Shown here: one piece after another, positions 26,574-39,931 of the stretch
Layout: every line of letters begins with the position of its first letter
How positions within the stretch are numbered: the stretch's first letter is position 1
From: Sphagnum compactum
Taxonomy: Eukaryota
Assembly: GCA_965153455.1 (NCBI GenBank)
Contig: OZ234494.1
Span: 6,262,001 to 6,326,000 of the forward strand
Direction: 5' to 3'
DNA: 64,000 nucleotides
The notes under the pieces: generated by a model
The model's database searches: none
Seen by the model: the letters and a program-made list of their open reading frames with translations, nothing else
Told to the model about the DNA's origin: nothing
Translations under genes and position numbers: made by a program

Positions 26574-27494
26574 CTAGTTTGAACCCCGTGCCTAATGCAC
26601 AGGCGTGTTATTTCAACAATGTTTGGTTCATGTTTTAGTTTTTTTTTAAACATTTATCTTTTTTTTTTATGTGTTTTCTATTTTTATTATTATTTTGTAT
26701 AATAAAAATAAAGTGTTTCTTTTTCACTTTTGTATTTTTGTTTATTTGGATGCAAGTTTGAAGTTTGGAGAAAGAAGACACACCTCGTTCTTTTTCAAGT
26801 AGGGTTTTTCTTCATTATTATAAGTTTTATTTTTTCTTATTTTCTACTCTTTATTTGGTTTCTTCTTTTTTGTAATTTTTTTTCTTTTAAAATGATTTTA
26901 CTGTATTTCCCTTTCCTTGTTTAATTTGTTTCCATTCCTTTTTTATAGTTTTTGTGTTTTTACTTTTTTTTGTTTATGTTTGTTTCATGTTTTTATTTTT
27001 TCTATTCTTATTTTGTCTATCTTCATTTTTTTTCTATTTTTATGCGTTTATTTATTTATTTAGTTTCTATTTTCTTTTCCAAAAAAATTCTAGTTTTTCT
27101 AATATGTTTTATAATAAAAATAATTTTAAAAAACTTTTTTATTTTTGTTTGATTAGATGCAGGTTTGAAGTTTGGAAAAAGAAGACAAACCTCATTTTTG
27201 TTTCAAGTATGGTTTTTTTTCTCTTTCTTTTGCTCTCTGTTTTGTTTCTTATTTTTTGTTATCTATTTTTTAATTTTTTTTGAAGATTATTTAACTGTAT
27301 TTCCCTTTTTTGTTTCATGTTTAAATGTTTACAAAAAGTTTCTAATTGTTAAAGTGTTTTTCTGTTTTTTTTTTTCTAGTTTTTCCCCTTTATAAAATAT
27401 ATATTTGTTCTGTTTGGATGGATGACGGACGGATGGATGGAAAGCTTCATTTCATCCCGAAGCTTCACGACCACGACGTCCTTTACTATATAGA
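26574..27494 (-). mobile_element. Non-autonomous Helitron, ~920 bp
   Basis: The minus strand starts TCTATATAGTAAAG and ends with the hairpin CCTGTGCATTAGGCACGGGG plus CTAG|T. No TSD. The body is T-rich with an internal duplication (~26745-26925 vs ~27155-27320). The 5' flank is T rather than the canonical A. Confidence 0.7.
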
Positions 27495-28944
27495 ATAGTG
27501 TGACCCTCACTTTGTCCCATATGACTTGCCCTGAGCTTTACTCTTGCAAGCTTCATAATTAATTGCAAGGAGGAGAATACAATATATCTATGGAGACTAT
27601 CCAAAGCCTGTGCACAATTTTTTATCCCTTTGTACATTTTCCTAATCTTTGGTGTGTCTATCAATAAAGTTTTGCAGGGGTTACACACACACACACACAA
27701 AGCCTTGTAAGTCAATCAAAGATGCCCATCACAATATAAAAAACATTGAACTTTGGGGGTCCCCAAAACTAATTAATATGAACCACAATAGTACTCATAA
27801 TAATTGCCCCGTGATTGACTCTTACAATCATGATGACTTTGAAAAAATGTCGATTAACACATATTTTAGTGCATGGGTCGTATAGTGTGAATTGTTTTCT
27901 ATGACATTATATCCTAATGGGGAGGGGGCAATGCATTAGAAAACCATACGTTGGAAAATCACAAGTTATATATACACAATCATTAATTCATGTTGTGGGC
28001 CTTCACTAAAATGGTGTGGTAAATGTTATTAGCTACTTTGTGTACATGGGTTTAGGGTTTAGGTTTTCTTAGATTGGCATACTAAATGAATTGTAATTTG
28101 CATACAGACACTTTGCAAGATGTCCAGCATCTGACATTTTTTAACTGTCCATGTTATTCACACTCATGAAATAATGTTTTATTGCAGTTCCTCTTCTACA
28201 GAGACCTACATTGCTGGTCATTTATTGATTAGAGTTTTGTATAAATGGAGTTTGACACTAAAGAAGGGCAACAATTATTTTTGTCATCCACTCTGCACTT
28301 TGGCATTGTTGCTAGATGCTTGTGAAGCTGGGCAAATTTGTCATTTCAAACTCAGAAAAAAATTGTACAATGCTTTGTTTTTGCCCAGGATTTTTTGAAA
28401 TTATGAACTCGAGAAAGCTTCTTTCATGGATGATAAATGTGTTCTTGTATATATGACAACTAAATGAAGAGCTATCCTAAATGAACCCAAGTTAGCAGCC
28501 GAAAAGAATCCTAGTCAGCCAGTCACATCACACGAATACCAATCAAATAACCCGACTCCAGTGTTGTTTTTAACTTGCAAAATTGAGCCAAAATGCTGAA
28601 TTTTAAAAATGACGTGGTGCGAGTTTCATGCAGAGAAGAAATGAAACCTTGTAGTTATCATTACTGTAGCTTAACTGTCAGCTTCCGCAGATCATGATTT
28701 TATAGCTACTGATCTGATCTAACAAATATTACAGATCCAGACCTGTAATTGTCTACTATGATATTGTTATGAATGGTAACATTATTCAAATCATAACCTG
28801 CAATAATTCCAAGTGATTTTCAACACCTTTCAGACTTTCACAAAAATTTGTTTCAACATTTAAAGGATTCTTAACGATGAAACTGAGGTTAGCATCAACA
28901 ATGTACTCTCCACACTAGATTACAAATTAATAGTTTGACACTTA

Positions 28945-29286
28945 GAGCATCTCCACCATGGCTAGCTCCATAACAATTTCCTTCTTATCAAATCTGGCTA
29001 CTCTTCAATAAAGACAGCCCAAAATGCTAGATACTATGGTCATTTCAACCTTTTTAAACAGATTTTCCTAATGTGAATTTGACAGTGACAAATTATTGGT
29101 CTACATGTAAAGGTGTATAATTAGCCTTTTGCTATTTGAATTGATCTTTTTAATGTTTGTGGGTGGAGAGACTCAGCATTAAACATCAACTTATTTTAAT
29201 GTAAAAGTGCCATTTATCACTATGGGGTAGAGAATAACTTATTTTAATGTAAAAGTGTGGTTTACCACTGTGGGGTAGAGATTCTC
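28945..29286. mobile_element. Older PIF/Harbinger-type MITE
   Basis: GAGCATCTCCACC / GGTAGAGATTCTC ends, TTA on both sides, and a ~47-bp duplication of the right subterminal segment. Confidence 0.65.
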
Positions 29287-29697
29287 TTAGCAAGTTGTGC
29301 AATTCCCACTACCCAATTTCCAAATTTTGTAGAAACCATGTAAACCGAACTCATAGAACTCATGAAAACCCTCTTACCAATTTCCTATTGCCTTTGGAGG
29401 GCACCTTATAGTGAATATCCATCCTAGAGAAGAGGAGGGTTTTTGCACCTACTCCTTAAAACAATACCTACAATACATGAACAATTGCAATATCCTTACA
29501 AATTGGAAAAATCATATCATTTTTCCCTTCTTCTAATGAGGTGAAAAGTGGCTGGTAACTAGTTGACCAAATGCGGTCAAGGGAGGGGGAAGGTTTTTGT
29601 GTTGTGTTCCCCATCCATTCCCAATCATGTTCCAGCAATGTTCATATTGAACATTTGCATGTTCCTAATGGTGTTTCTAACATGGATTCTAAACCTA

Positions 29698-30132
29698 ATT
29701 TGCAACCCAAATCGCTACTTCTTCCTCTCTTCACATGGGCAGAGAAATTGCTGGCCAGTAGTATTCTTCAATGTCTAAAAGCTACACAACCAGAACATGA
29801 AGGTCTGGGTTGGCAGATTATGTCATTTTGTTTGATGACACTATATAACATAATCTTCCAGTGATGATCATAGGCTCATAATTTTTATTGACCCAAAAAT
29901 GTGTCTATTGACACATGAAATTTTCTTCTGAATCCTCGAATCTGCCAACTACACCAGACCTTAATGTTATGGGAACAGCCTTGCTGTGCACATTATGTGG
30001 GGGAAGAGCGATGCCCAGCTTGTACCAAACAGATGCACCTGGCGCCTTATCAAACACAATGGACAGGGGGCTTGACCATTCTGTAGTGCGTACGCACGTA
30101 CTTATGCAACTTGCTTCACATTGAATTTCGTT
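29698..30132 (-). pseudogene. Decayed coding segment resembling the C-terminal (FBA/kelch-like) domain of plant F-box proteins
   Basis: One minus frame reads SIVFDKAPGASVWYKLGIALPP...THFW...EPMIITGRLCYIV...VLVV*LLDIEEYYWPAISLP with four in-frame stops. The resemblance is by eye only. Confidence 0.35.
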
Positions 30133-30681
30133 TCAATACCAATCAAAACTGTGTTGCAGCTGGAATTTTGCTGGAATTTCTTGTTGACCAAGATCAAAAT
30201 CTCCATTAAATAGCTACAAATGTGATGTTCAGAGCTCCTCAGAAATTGAGTTATTTCACACATCAACCTCAACCAACAACGTGATTAATTGTGTGGCTCA
30301 GTGCACCATCCATTGAAAACGCATTATGACTCAGTTGAAGATGAACCATAACAAAGTCATCAAGGTTCCATAGATGTTGTAGCTTGCAACCTATCATGTA
30401 AACTCTCCTCCTTTTCCCTCACACGATCTAGGTAACTATGAGTGTATGGTGTATGCAGTTTGATGGGTTAGAACCACCAGTTCTGGTTCTGGTTAGGAAG
30501 AACCAAACCCTAAACCTTAAACCCTAACCTCCAATCAACCCTTGGAACTGGAACTAGAATCTACCTTTTTGAAGAATTGAACTGAGAACCAGATTTATGT
30601 GGTAACTGTATTCCAATTAACTGTATTTGTGGTGCAAAGCCTTGATGGCTTCAAATTGTCGACCTAATGTACTAGAGTCCA

Positions 30682-30835
30682 CACTACAACAAAAGGTGTC
30701 CCTATACTCCAAGTGATTTCATTGGATTTTGAGTGAATTCACTGGTTGTAGTGAACGGGGACCAATGAAGAAGCAGTGAATTCATTGATCTAGTGAATGG
30801 GGACTAGTGAACTGTAGCCACATTTTGTAGTAGTG
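30682..30835. mobile_element. 154-bp non-autonomous CACTA (En/Spm) element
   Basis: TIRs CACTACAACAAAA / TTTTGTAGTAGTG match at 12 of 13 positions. Perfect 3-bp TSD CCA at 30679-30681 and 30836-30838. Confidence 0.9.
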
Positions 30836-33800
30836 CCAACAAATTATTTAGCTTCATAATTTTGTGATGTAGCAACCTAAATGGTGATCATCAATTAGAT
30901 GACTTAACCAAAACATGAAAATAAAAATGTTTAAGAATCTATCTATATTGTTGGTTATATACTAGAACCTACTCTAGAATTCGATGATTTTTTAACAGAA
31001 ATTCTTTTCTTTTCAAAATTTGGCAATCAAAAACTCATTTTTCACATTTTTTATATAAATTTTTTTTGCCAACTAGTGTTCTCAATATAATGACCACCAC
31101 ATTCCCACTTGATTACTATGAAATGACTACTTTAAAAAGTAATGGGTCAGCCAATCAAGATTATGTGTTGGAACATGATTCATATTCACATGTTAAAAAA
31201 AAATTTAAACTCATTATTAACAAACTTACTTGAACAAATTGTTTTAATTATTATGACCCCAAAGTTATTGTGTTATATTTCAAGAAAATATCATTTTCAA
31301 CTAATTTTAAATCATTTTAAAACAAGAATATTCAACAAAACCATTTGGTTATTGTGTTTTAATAATGTTTTTAGATATTTTAAATTTATTAGAATCATTT
31401 CAAACTTATTCAAGCGTTCCCATAATATATTTTAAACTTTGCTCTATAAGCACAACAAATATCAACATTAAGTCAATTACCACTTCAAAATGTGTAAGCT
31501 TAAGCATTGGTTACACTTGCAATTGGTCCATTTATTGTGAATTCACCCAACTAGTGAAAAAACAACACCAAAAAAACCAAAAAAAACCTACTTGACAATT
31601 GTACATAGTATTCATGAATTTTCATCACATATTTTGTTAGATGTCAATGATAACAATAATAATGGACCCTAGATGTGCCCATAGATAAAATTATTTGGTT
31701 CAAGGGATGAAGTTCTCCATGTACACATTCTGATGTAGATACAGTATTGAATTGTTCAACAAGTGACATATGTAATGGTTTTTAATGGGGAAATCTTGGT
31801 CAATTGATCAAACCTTTTGAGGGGAATATTTTTCTTTGAATTTCCAAAATATGTGAGTAAAAATATTAAGTTTCATGTATTAATTATTGGGTAAAAAGAA
31901 TTAATCTACTTAGTTTATAATAGGATTATGTTTATTCTAAAAACCAGAATATACTTAATATAAGGTATATGTTAATCCCCAATATTAAGAAAAAAAAAAG
32001 GAAAAATATAACAGAGGAAGTAAAGATTTTAAGTATTAGTTATTAGTAGGTTCAATTAACAAGTTAATAAATGAACTAACAAATGAACTTGTAACTAAAC
32101 GCGGGGAAATGTGAAATGAACATGGAAGAATATGAAGTGAAAAATCCCTCCACATCATTTCAAGATGGGTTAATCTAATTTTTAAACCATTTTAATCCTA
32201 AAACCAAAGCCGTAGATGTGCTCAAAATAGGTCATGGAATGGATTGGATTTGAAAATATTTGAAATGGACAACATTGTAATTTAAAACCATTTTAAAATT
32301 GATACCTATTGGAGTCATGCATTAATAAGCACATTATAACAATTATGGGATAGCATTCTAGGTCGTGGTTTAGGATGTGACAATTGAATCATTTTGAAAA
32401 AACTCATTTGAGATGGATATTTTGCTTTGACATTTCCTCATTATGTGCATATTGTCATATTGGCAAATATTTTTAATTGAATAAAAGAAGTTGACCAAAC
32501 CCTTACATTCTATAATTGGAGGATATGTTAAGTACTTGTTATACATCTAAAAAAATAGTGGTTTTACCACATGATTTTACCATGTTCAATGTTGAATGTC
32601 TTCATTGTTCCTTGCGACTTCAAGTATTAAAGATTTTAAATAAAATAAATACAACGTATCAATTTTTGATGCAAACAAAAAATCATAATTAAATTTAGGG
32701 TGACTTAAATATGTACATATTTAAATTTAAATAATACCATAATACTTGGGCAGCTTTGGTATTCATGTTAAATAGTTTTTTTTTTAATTTTATTTCGACA
32801 ATATTTATTTAAAATTTTAAAATTAGGTTCTTAAATTTTTTGAATATATTAAAATTCAGCATTTATGGATGGTCCAAGATTGCAAGGTAACATTCATTGT
32901 AATATTCAATCATGAAATACTTGTCCACCAGTTGAAAATACTAATCACAACCATTTTTTTAATATCATTTTTTTATTAAAAAAGGGTAAGGATTTTCACG
33001 TAACCCAATAACATTATCCGAGCTTCAATCCATTGTTGGTCAAATGAATTTTCCTTCAAAATAATTTTACAAGACTTCATAATCCAAATCCACCAAAAAC
33101 AAAAACTAATAAGACCTATGTTGCAAAGGTTTATGCTTGCAAAATAATGTGTACACCCTTCTTAAAATTGTGTTACACCACAGTAGAAACCTCGTTGCAA
33201 GAAACTACATGAAAAAAAAGAAAAAATGTGTTACAACCAAAGTAGTTTGGACTTTTTTTCTAATAAAATTGTTGTAACATCACCAATGCATGATTGGCTA
33301 GACATTTACAATGTTCATATAGTCCAAGCACACTCCAACAAATGAAAATTCATCTCACACTAAACTAGCATGCTCATCATTCCCAACCTAAATACCAGAT
33401 GCCCAGAAATTATAGTTGTATTTTAGGAGGAAACATATGCTTTGGCACTAGAAAGAAGAAACCATCACAAGACCCATTTTTAGGAATTCCATATACACAC
33501 AACAAATACACAAACAAAAGTAACTCATTTAGTACATGGAATCATGCACCCTTAAAGATAGATTATGTACATCTTCATTGTAAAAAAGATGATGTAATAC
33601 TTCCCAATCTGGTCATATTATTACATCTGGATCCATCAAAATGAAAACCTTCAAGCGAGCCCATGTGCTGTTGCATTAATGCACTAAGCTCACACAATAG
33701 GTATCAAATACCTTAAAGGAAAGACATGGTTTATTCATTGTTTGTTGATCCATTAAAGGAAAAACTTTGTCACAAGCAAAACCATGGGAGATTTCTACTA

Positions 33801-36800
33801 ACATCAACATTTTTCTAACAATAATCAAAACTTTGAAGTTATAATATCTTTCAAGTCTAAGTCTATCTAGAAAAACAACTACCTAGCAAGGAGGAGGAGA
33901 ACACATTACATACTTATACTTAGCCAACAAAATAAGTGAGTAGGATAGGCAAGACTTCTTTATGTACTATCCTCGAAACAACACCTTGTTTAATGCATGT
34001 AGTGTAAAATTTTAACGTTCAATGTCCCCCATGGGATCAAAACAGGAAATCCAAAATAATAACCATAACAATAATAAATCCAACCATTAGTTTTTGAAAA
34101 TTTCTCAATATGATCCATCTTCAAGTTTCTAATGTTATATATATTTTGGAACACATGTGGTAATGAAATGTATATATTAAAAAACAAAGGATAGTTCATG
34201 CATGAGATTTGGAAAAAAAGTTCAACCATGTAATGCATAATGGGAATGAAAATTAAGGATAAATTATTTTTAAACATGTAACTATTTTCAATCTTGTACA
34301 TTCATTTACAAATACATTCAAATGTCAAATGATTGTTATTTAATTCATTGTTTGATTGTAGATAATATTTTTAAAAAATCATCATGTCATCAATTATCCA
34401 TTACTATTTTAACAATAGATGAAAATAAAAAATTGCCAAAAGGTAAAGGCAAAGTGACAATTTCCATTCAACATGTGGTTCAAAAGAAAAAACCCCATAA
34501 TTGAATTGGGAGTTGTAAGAAATAATGTCTCTATTGAAATCCAAATGTGGTGACCATGTTCCAAGTCTTGACAATGTGGAACCTAAAGATACTTTTGAAT
34601 CCGCATTGAATAAATGGAAACAAATATTTATTATTTACAATAAAGCTATGTTTGACACACATTCATCACATTATTGCAATTATCTAAGGGCATATTTACA
34701 ATCAAGGTCATTCAAAGGATTGAATGACCTCATTTTAATTGATTAACCATTATGAATATGCATGTTACATATTGTCATACTTTTTTTGTTAAGTGAAGAT
34801 ATATATTATATTTATTATGTTTTAAGATAATTATAATTTCAATCTTAAACTAATTTCCTTAAGTGCCTTAAAAACTAGCTTAAGAACCTAACTCCTTCTT
34901 CCTAATTTTGTCAAAAAAACCAAAAATAATAGCAATATTTTTTCAAATCTCTTCATATTTAACCACAAATAGGGGGGGAGGGGGGGGGGGGGATGTTGTA
35001 CATGATGACATAAAATTTTAATAATATATAAATCATTAGTGGTTTTAGGATATGATGTTGAAACTTTGAAAGGCTTAAGGGCTAGAAAGAAAAGGATAGG
35101 TTTTTTTTCTTCTTTTTCTTCTTTTTCTTTTTCTTTTGTTAATTTTTAACTAATGCAAAATACAACTTTGTAGGAAGTCAAACATATATGTGTATACAAA
35201 TGACTAATAATTATTTGATTTTCAGTTTTTTGGCATTTAAAAGGTGAAAATATTAAACTAAAAAATCATGGAGTCTTTGAGTTTTGACATTTTTGTAAAA
35301 GGGGTTTAAACATGTCAAAATAATTCAAATAATTTTAACAACCCATTACAATACACATATCAACCATGTAGGATTAACCAAACATATTTATTATTCACCA
35401 AAACCACTGTGTTTACATGAGTTACCATAGGGTTAAAAAAAGAACAAGATTAACTAGTCTATTAGTTCCTTGTCCATGTTGTGGTAACCTAACTCCTAGC
35501 TAGTAGTACAATGCTACAATAGCTTGATTGTAATTGTATCCTCTAGTACTCTCTTGTTCAATGATTCTCATCTATTGTTGAATCTTAAATTTTATTTGAT
35601 GCAAAAAACTATGAACTAAACAACTTACAAATATGTCATGGATGGTTACGTTAATATTAATGTTTATTGATTGTTTGTGGAATACTAATGTATTGTAGAA
35701 TGTTGAAAGCATTCATGACAAAAGAACATAAGTTCTCTAGTTTTTTCATTGGGTCCAAATTGTAGGATAAAAATAGTTAATAGGAGGAATGGTTAGACAA
35801 TTCATAAATCGTCTTCTTGGATGGTTGGGGTCCAAGCATGTTAAAGTGGACCAAAATGTACGTCCATCCAAACATGGTAGTTTTTCAACATAAAAATAAG
35901 AAAATATGTTCATTTTTTTTTATAAATCTCATTATGGAAACCTTCATGAATCCATGTTTCCATTGATTTTTTATGAGTTAAATACAAAATTTGAATTTTT
36001 TTACTACAATAAAAGTAGGTGACAAGTAGGAATGAAATTAATATGTTAGTATTATGTTCATTTCTACATTTACATTAGACGTTAAATATATTTTGATTCT
36101 ACTATGAAAATTTTCAAAATTCACTAGTATATTTAGCATGTCATTAACATTTTTTTTTAAAATCCAATATTTAATTGACTTGTGTTTGAGTTCTAATCTA
36201 CTTTGTAGGTTGTGACATCTACTTGAATTTTGATGAATATATACAAACTACTTTAAACATGTGGTTTTCAAATATAGTTGTAATAAAATCAAAGAACTTC
36301 ATATAATTAAACATTAAAATAAATAATAACTTTAAATTCAATATACCAAGGCCTACTTGATGGCCACTTTTCATTTATGCTGCAAGATAAATTTTTTAAT
36401 ATATTTTACCATGCTTTTGCTCGTTGATGTGGTAACATGAGATTGGTCAAAAATGTTAAAACAATGTATTTACAATGTTTTCATGTTTCTAAAACACAAC
36501 GTTTATAAATGTTATTAATTTTTAAATGTGTTCAAAGGTATTCCATATTCATTAGATTACTTTCAATGTTAAATGACAAGTTATTTAAAAAAACATTGTA
36601 CAAATATGACACACATTTTCAACATTAATTTGATGGACTTGCAAACATGTAAAATAAGCATTGGGTAAGCATAAAATGACTTCCTTGTCTATGCTTGCAC
36701 CCCAATATAAAAGAACTTCAAATTAATATATTTGGACCCCTTTTTCTCAATGGCTTCATAAGCTAGGAAATTGATGGATGCCTTTTATTTCCAAAGATAT

Positions 36801-38299
36801 TTAAGGTGATACATGCCACCTTATCAATGAAGAAAAATTCATGGAGCTAAGTTCATTTGTATAAACTACTAAACAATTGTAAATTTTGAAATCATTATGC
36901 ACATTAACAAGCACGAGAATCTTTTTGTTTGATTGAATAATACTTGTGCAACTATTTAAAAACAATGGTATATAAATAGACCAAAACCAATAGTTGAAAA
37001 TCCATTCTAAGAGCCCATATTCAATGTACAATGTTTACATTCGAATTATTTTAAAGATAACATTTTTTCCATCTCCAAGTTCAAGTTGCATTCTTCAAAA
37101 ATAAGCAATTTGAACCACTTTTATGAAAGATATGTGTTGAAAAATATAAATGTAATTAACATATAAATGAACTTTGGAAAAACTTACAATTCTAGTGGAA
37201 TAATTTCACCATTTTGTAATATAAAAACTTGGATTTCTAACCATAAGTGTTATAGACAATTAAACTGTCATGTCCCAAAAGTTTTAAATACATTGTCCAA
37301 TTTCAATATACAAATAATAAGTCCATCACCAATGATTTATAGATTGATTAAATGATTTCAAAGTTTTGTGATCATTTAATTGTATATAAATTTATTTTGT
37401 ATTTTGTTACATTAGTGTATACTACATCCAAAAAAGTCATCCATGAAAACATGATAATGGCTCGGAGGGAGTTAGGGACACTTCACATACCATGTCAATG
37501 CCTTATGTGGGACCCCAATACCATGTTATGGTCCTTTGGGTAGCTGCAAGTCATTTTGTTTCATCACTAATATGGGGGTTGGGGGGGGAGATATTCGCAT
37601 TACAAGTACAAGAAAAAATGGAAAACATGTTTTGTATTTGAATAAAATATGCCCAAAGAAATAAAATGAAAACTTTGGTTCATTTAGCATAAATCTGAAA
37701 TTCCTTTTTTTGAATAAATTGGAAATTTTCACTAACGTTCTGAACCTCGATTATTTGGAACCAAATCCGGGTTTTTGCAAATATCCCGGTTTGATTCAAA
37801 ATGCCAACATCTAATACCTAACCGACCATCCAAGTTCCATTGAATTTTCTTTGAATGGAAGCTACAATATTCCAGTTCTAGTTCCCCCCCTTCCCAAACC
37901 CAAGAACCTGTGTGACGTTCATGGGTCGGGTACCGTACCCACCATGGGGTTCATTTTCTTGGGCGAGGCATTTGTGGAGGTGGGGAGTTTGTCTTCCTAG
38001 AGTGTAGAGTTTTCTTTGGACCACAACATGGCACTATTCTTGGCTTCTTCTCAAGTAAAGTCTACCATGACACGAAGCAAAACATTAGTTTCACTCAGCT
38101 TGGTGTGGCTATTATAGCCAAGGCCCGAGTTGCAACTTCGGGGGCAAAGCGACAGAAGACTTTGCAGATTGTGTAGGTATTGTTGTGTAGATTACATAAA
38201 TATTGTTGCACTACCTCAAATGCGGATATCATGTAGTTATTGATGCATATCCAATTGTTCACATATTACATTTTACCTTTTGTACATATCACATTTCAG

Positions 38300-39931
38300 G
38301 TTGCATATATGTACTTGGGAAGCTAGACCATTATGGTTGTAGACCCATGTCCAGAATCTGAATATGTTCATTGAGGGAGCTGGCTGAACCTAGTAGAAAT
38401 TGGGCAGGAATCTTCTTAAGCTCTAGAATTTTTCTGGGTTGCAAGCTAGTTTTGTAATGCAAGATCTCAACACAGATGACATACAGTAGGAACCAATAAT
38501 TTTGGGCCTTTCAGCAGTTTTGGGTCAGCCAGTGTGTGTAGAAGGCACATGCACTAATATCAAGTTTATAGTGCTGCAAGTTCACATGCATGTAAAGTTG
38601 AATTCCATCAGATCCAGACATGTTTCGATGTGCAATGCAGGAAATCTTCTCATTGAAGACATGGCTAAATTATGACAATCTTTAGTTGGGATAATGACCC
38701 AAGGATGATCTGTGTAGCGTTTACAAACACCAAATAGTATGTAGTCCCAATTAATGAAGTTCTTTTTCCTTGAGCGAACTTGCTCCTGTTCTTGGTTGCC
38801 ATTGGTTTTACAAATCTATGTCCTCATGAGTTTGCCTTCCCTATGCACCTGTTAAAACTTGAAGGTACATCTACTTCTGATTTCCATGCTACCTACAGTG
38901 CAAATTTGATGTTTGAAGTCTCTCCCTGTGTAATCCTTAATGGCTGCATATTGGCTGGTGAGGAAAACTCTTAGGGTTTAGGGTTCCATGACACTAGTTA
39001 TACAGATGGAACTTGCTTGATTTCCAGGAATTATTTTTGTTTTGAAGACTCTGAATTTTTTGGGAAAATGGAGTTTGTGACAGCTAGTTGAGAAAGATGA
39101 TGCAATAGAAGTCTAAAGAGTGTAGACCCAATCAAATTCCCCTCTTTCTCTTCACATTATGATGACTGCTAAGAACAATTGACTGGGAAGGATATTCATT
39201 GTCCTACTAGAGCATTACCAAGGCTCACCCTACTTTGGAACCCTGAATTTGAAAGACTTATGCATAATTCTTAAAGCTTCAGCCAGTGATCAAAATGGAG
39301 ATGAAATGTTTCCCAATCATAAAGCACTGGCACGTTTATTTGCTTTGTTATTTCAGGTCGCTCCCTAGCTGTAGTATTTCCTGTTTGACTTCACCTAACT
39401 TACCTCAGATTTACTGGACCTTTTGAAGGGCGACATGAGGACCATATGATAACAGAAGCATGGCAAATTTCCTTGCAAAAGAAACAGAAGTTATTGTACC
39501 TTAACAATCTGAAGTAAGTCCCTTGTTGCAGCATTATTCTTGAAATAATCCCACAGATGTTGTAACCAAATTCCATTAAAAGAATAAGATTACTTACCCT
39601 ACAGGAGAGGAATTATCACAAGCCATTGTCCTAGAAAGGTCAGGAGATATGGACAATTACCTGTATAGAATCTTGCTCAAAGACTTTGACAGAGTAGGCT
39701 TGAAAATTCCAGTGTGCCCTTCCATATAATGTTTGTGCAGTTCCTCCATTGTCATGTACACTCTACATGAAAATTCGACAATTTGAGCATTCTGACAACC
39801 ATCATAACAGAACAGAGGTTCTGTAGTTTAGAGGTACAAATTTCCCTCCAAAGTCTTCCTGAAATAGCATGGGCACCTACCAGATCATCTACCTTGCCTT
39901 CAAATACCACAACACACACTTGATGCACAAA
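38300..39931 (-). pseudogene. Decayed multi-exon gene relic of uncertain identity
   Basis: Unique, coding-like composition with minus-strand splice signals (GAG|GTAAGT at ~39402, TTCAG acceptor at ~39243). All frames are broken. Confidence 0.3.

Noticed and set aside
26730-27395. Hydrophobic Phe/Leu-rich ORFs resembling membrane proteins
   Set aside because: They are translations of the T-rich low-complexity Helitron body.
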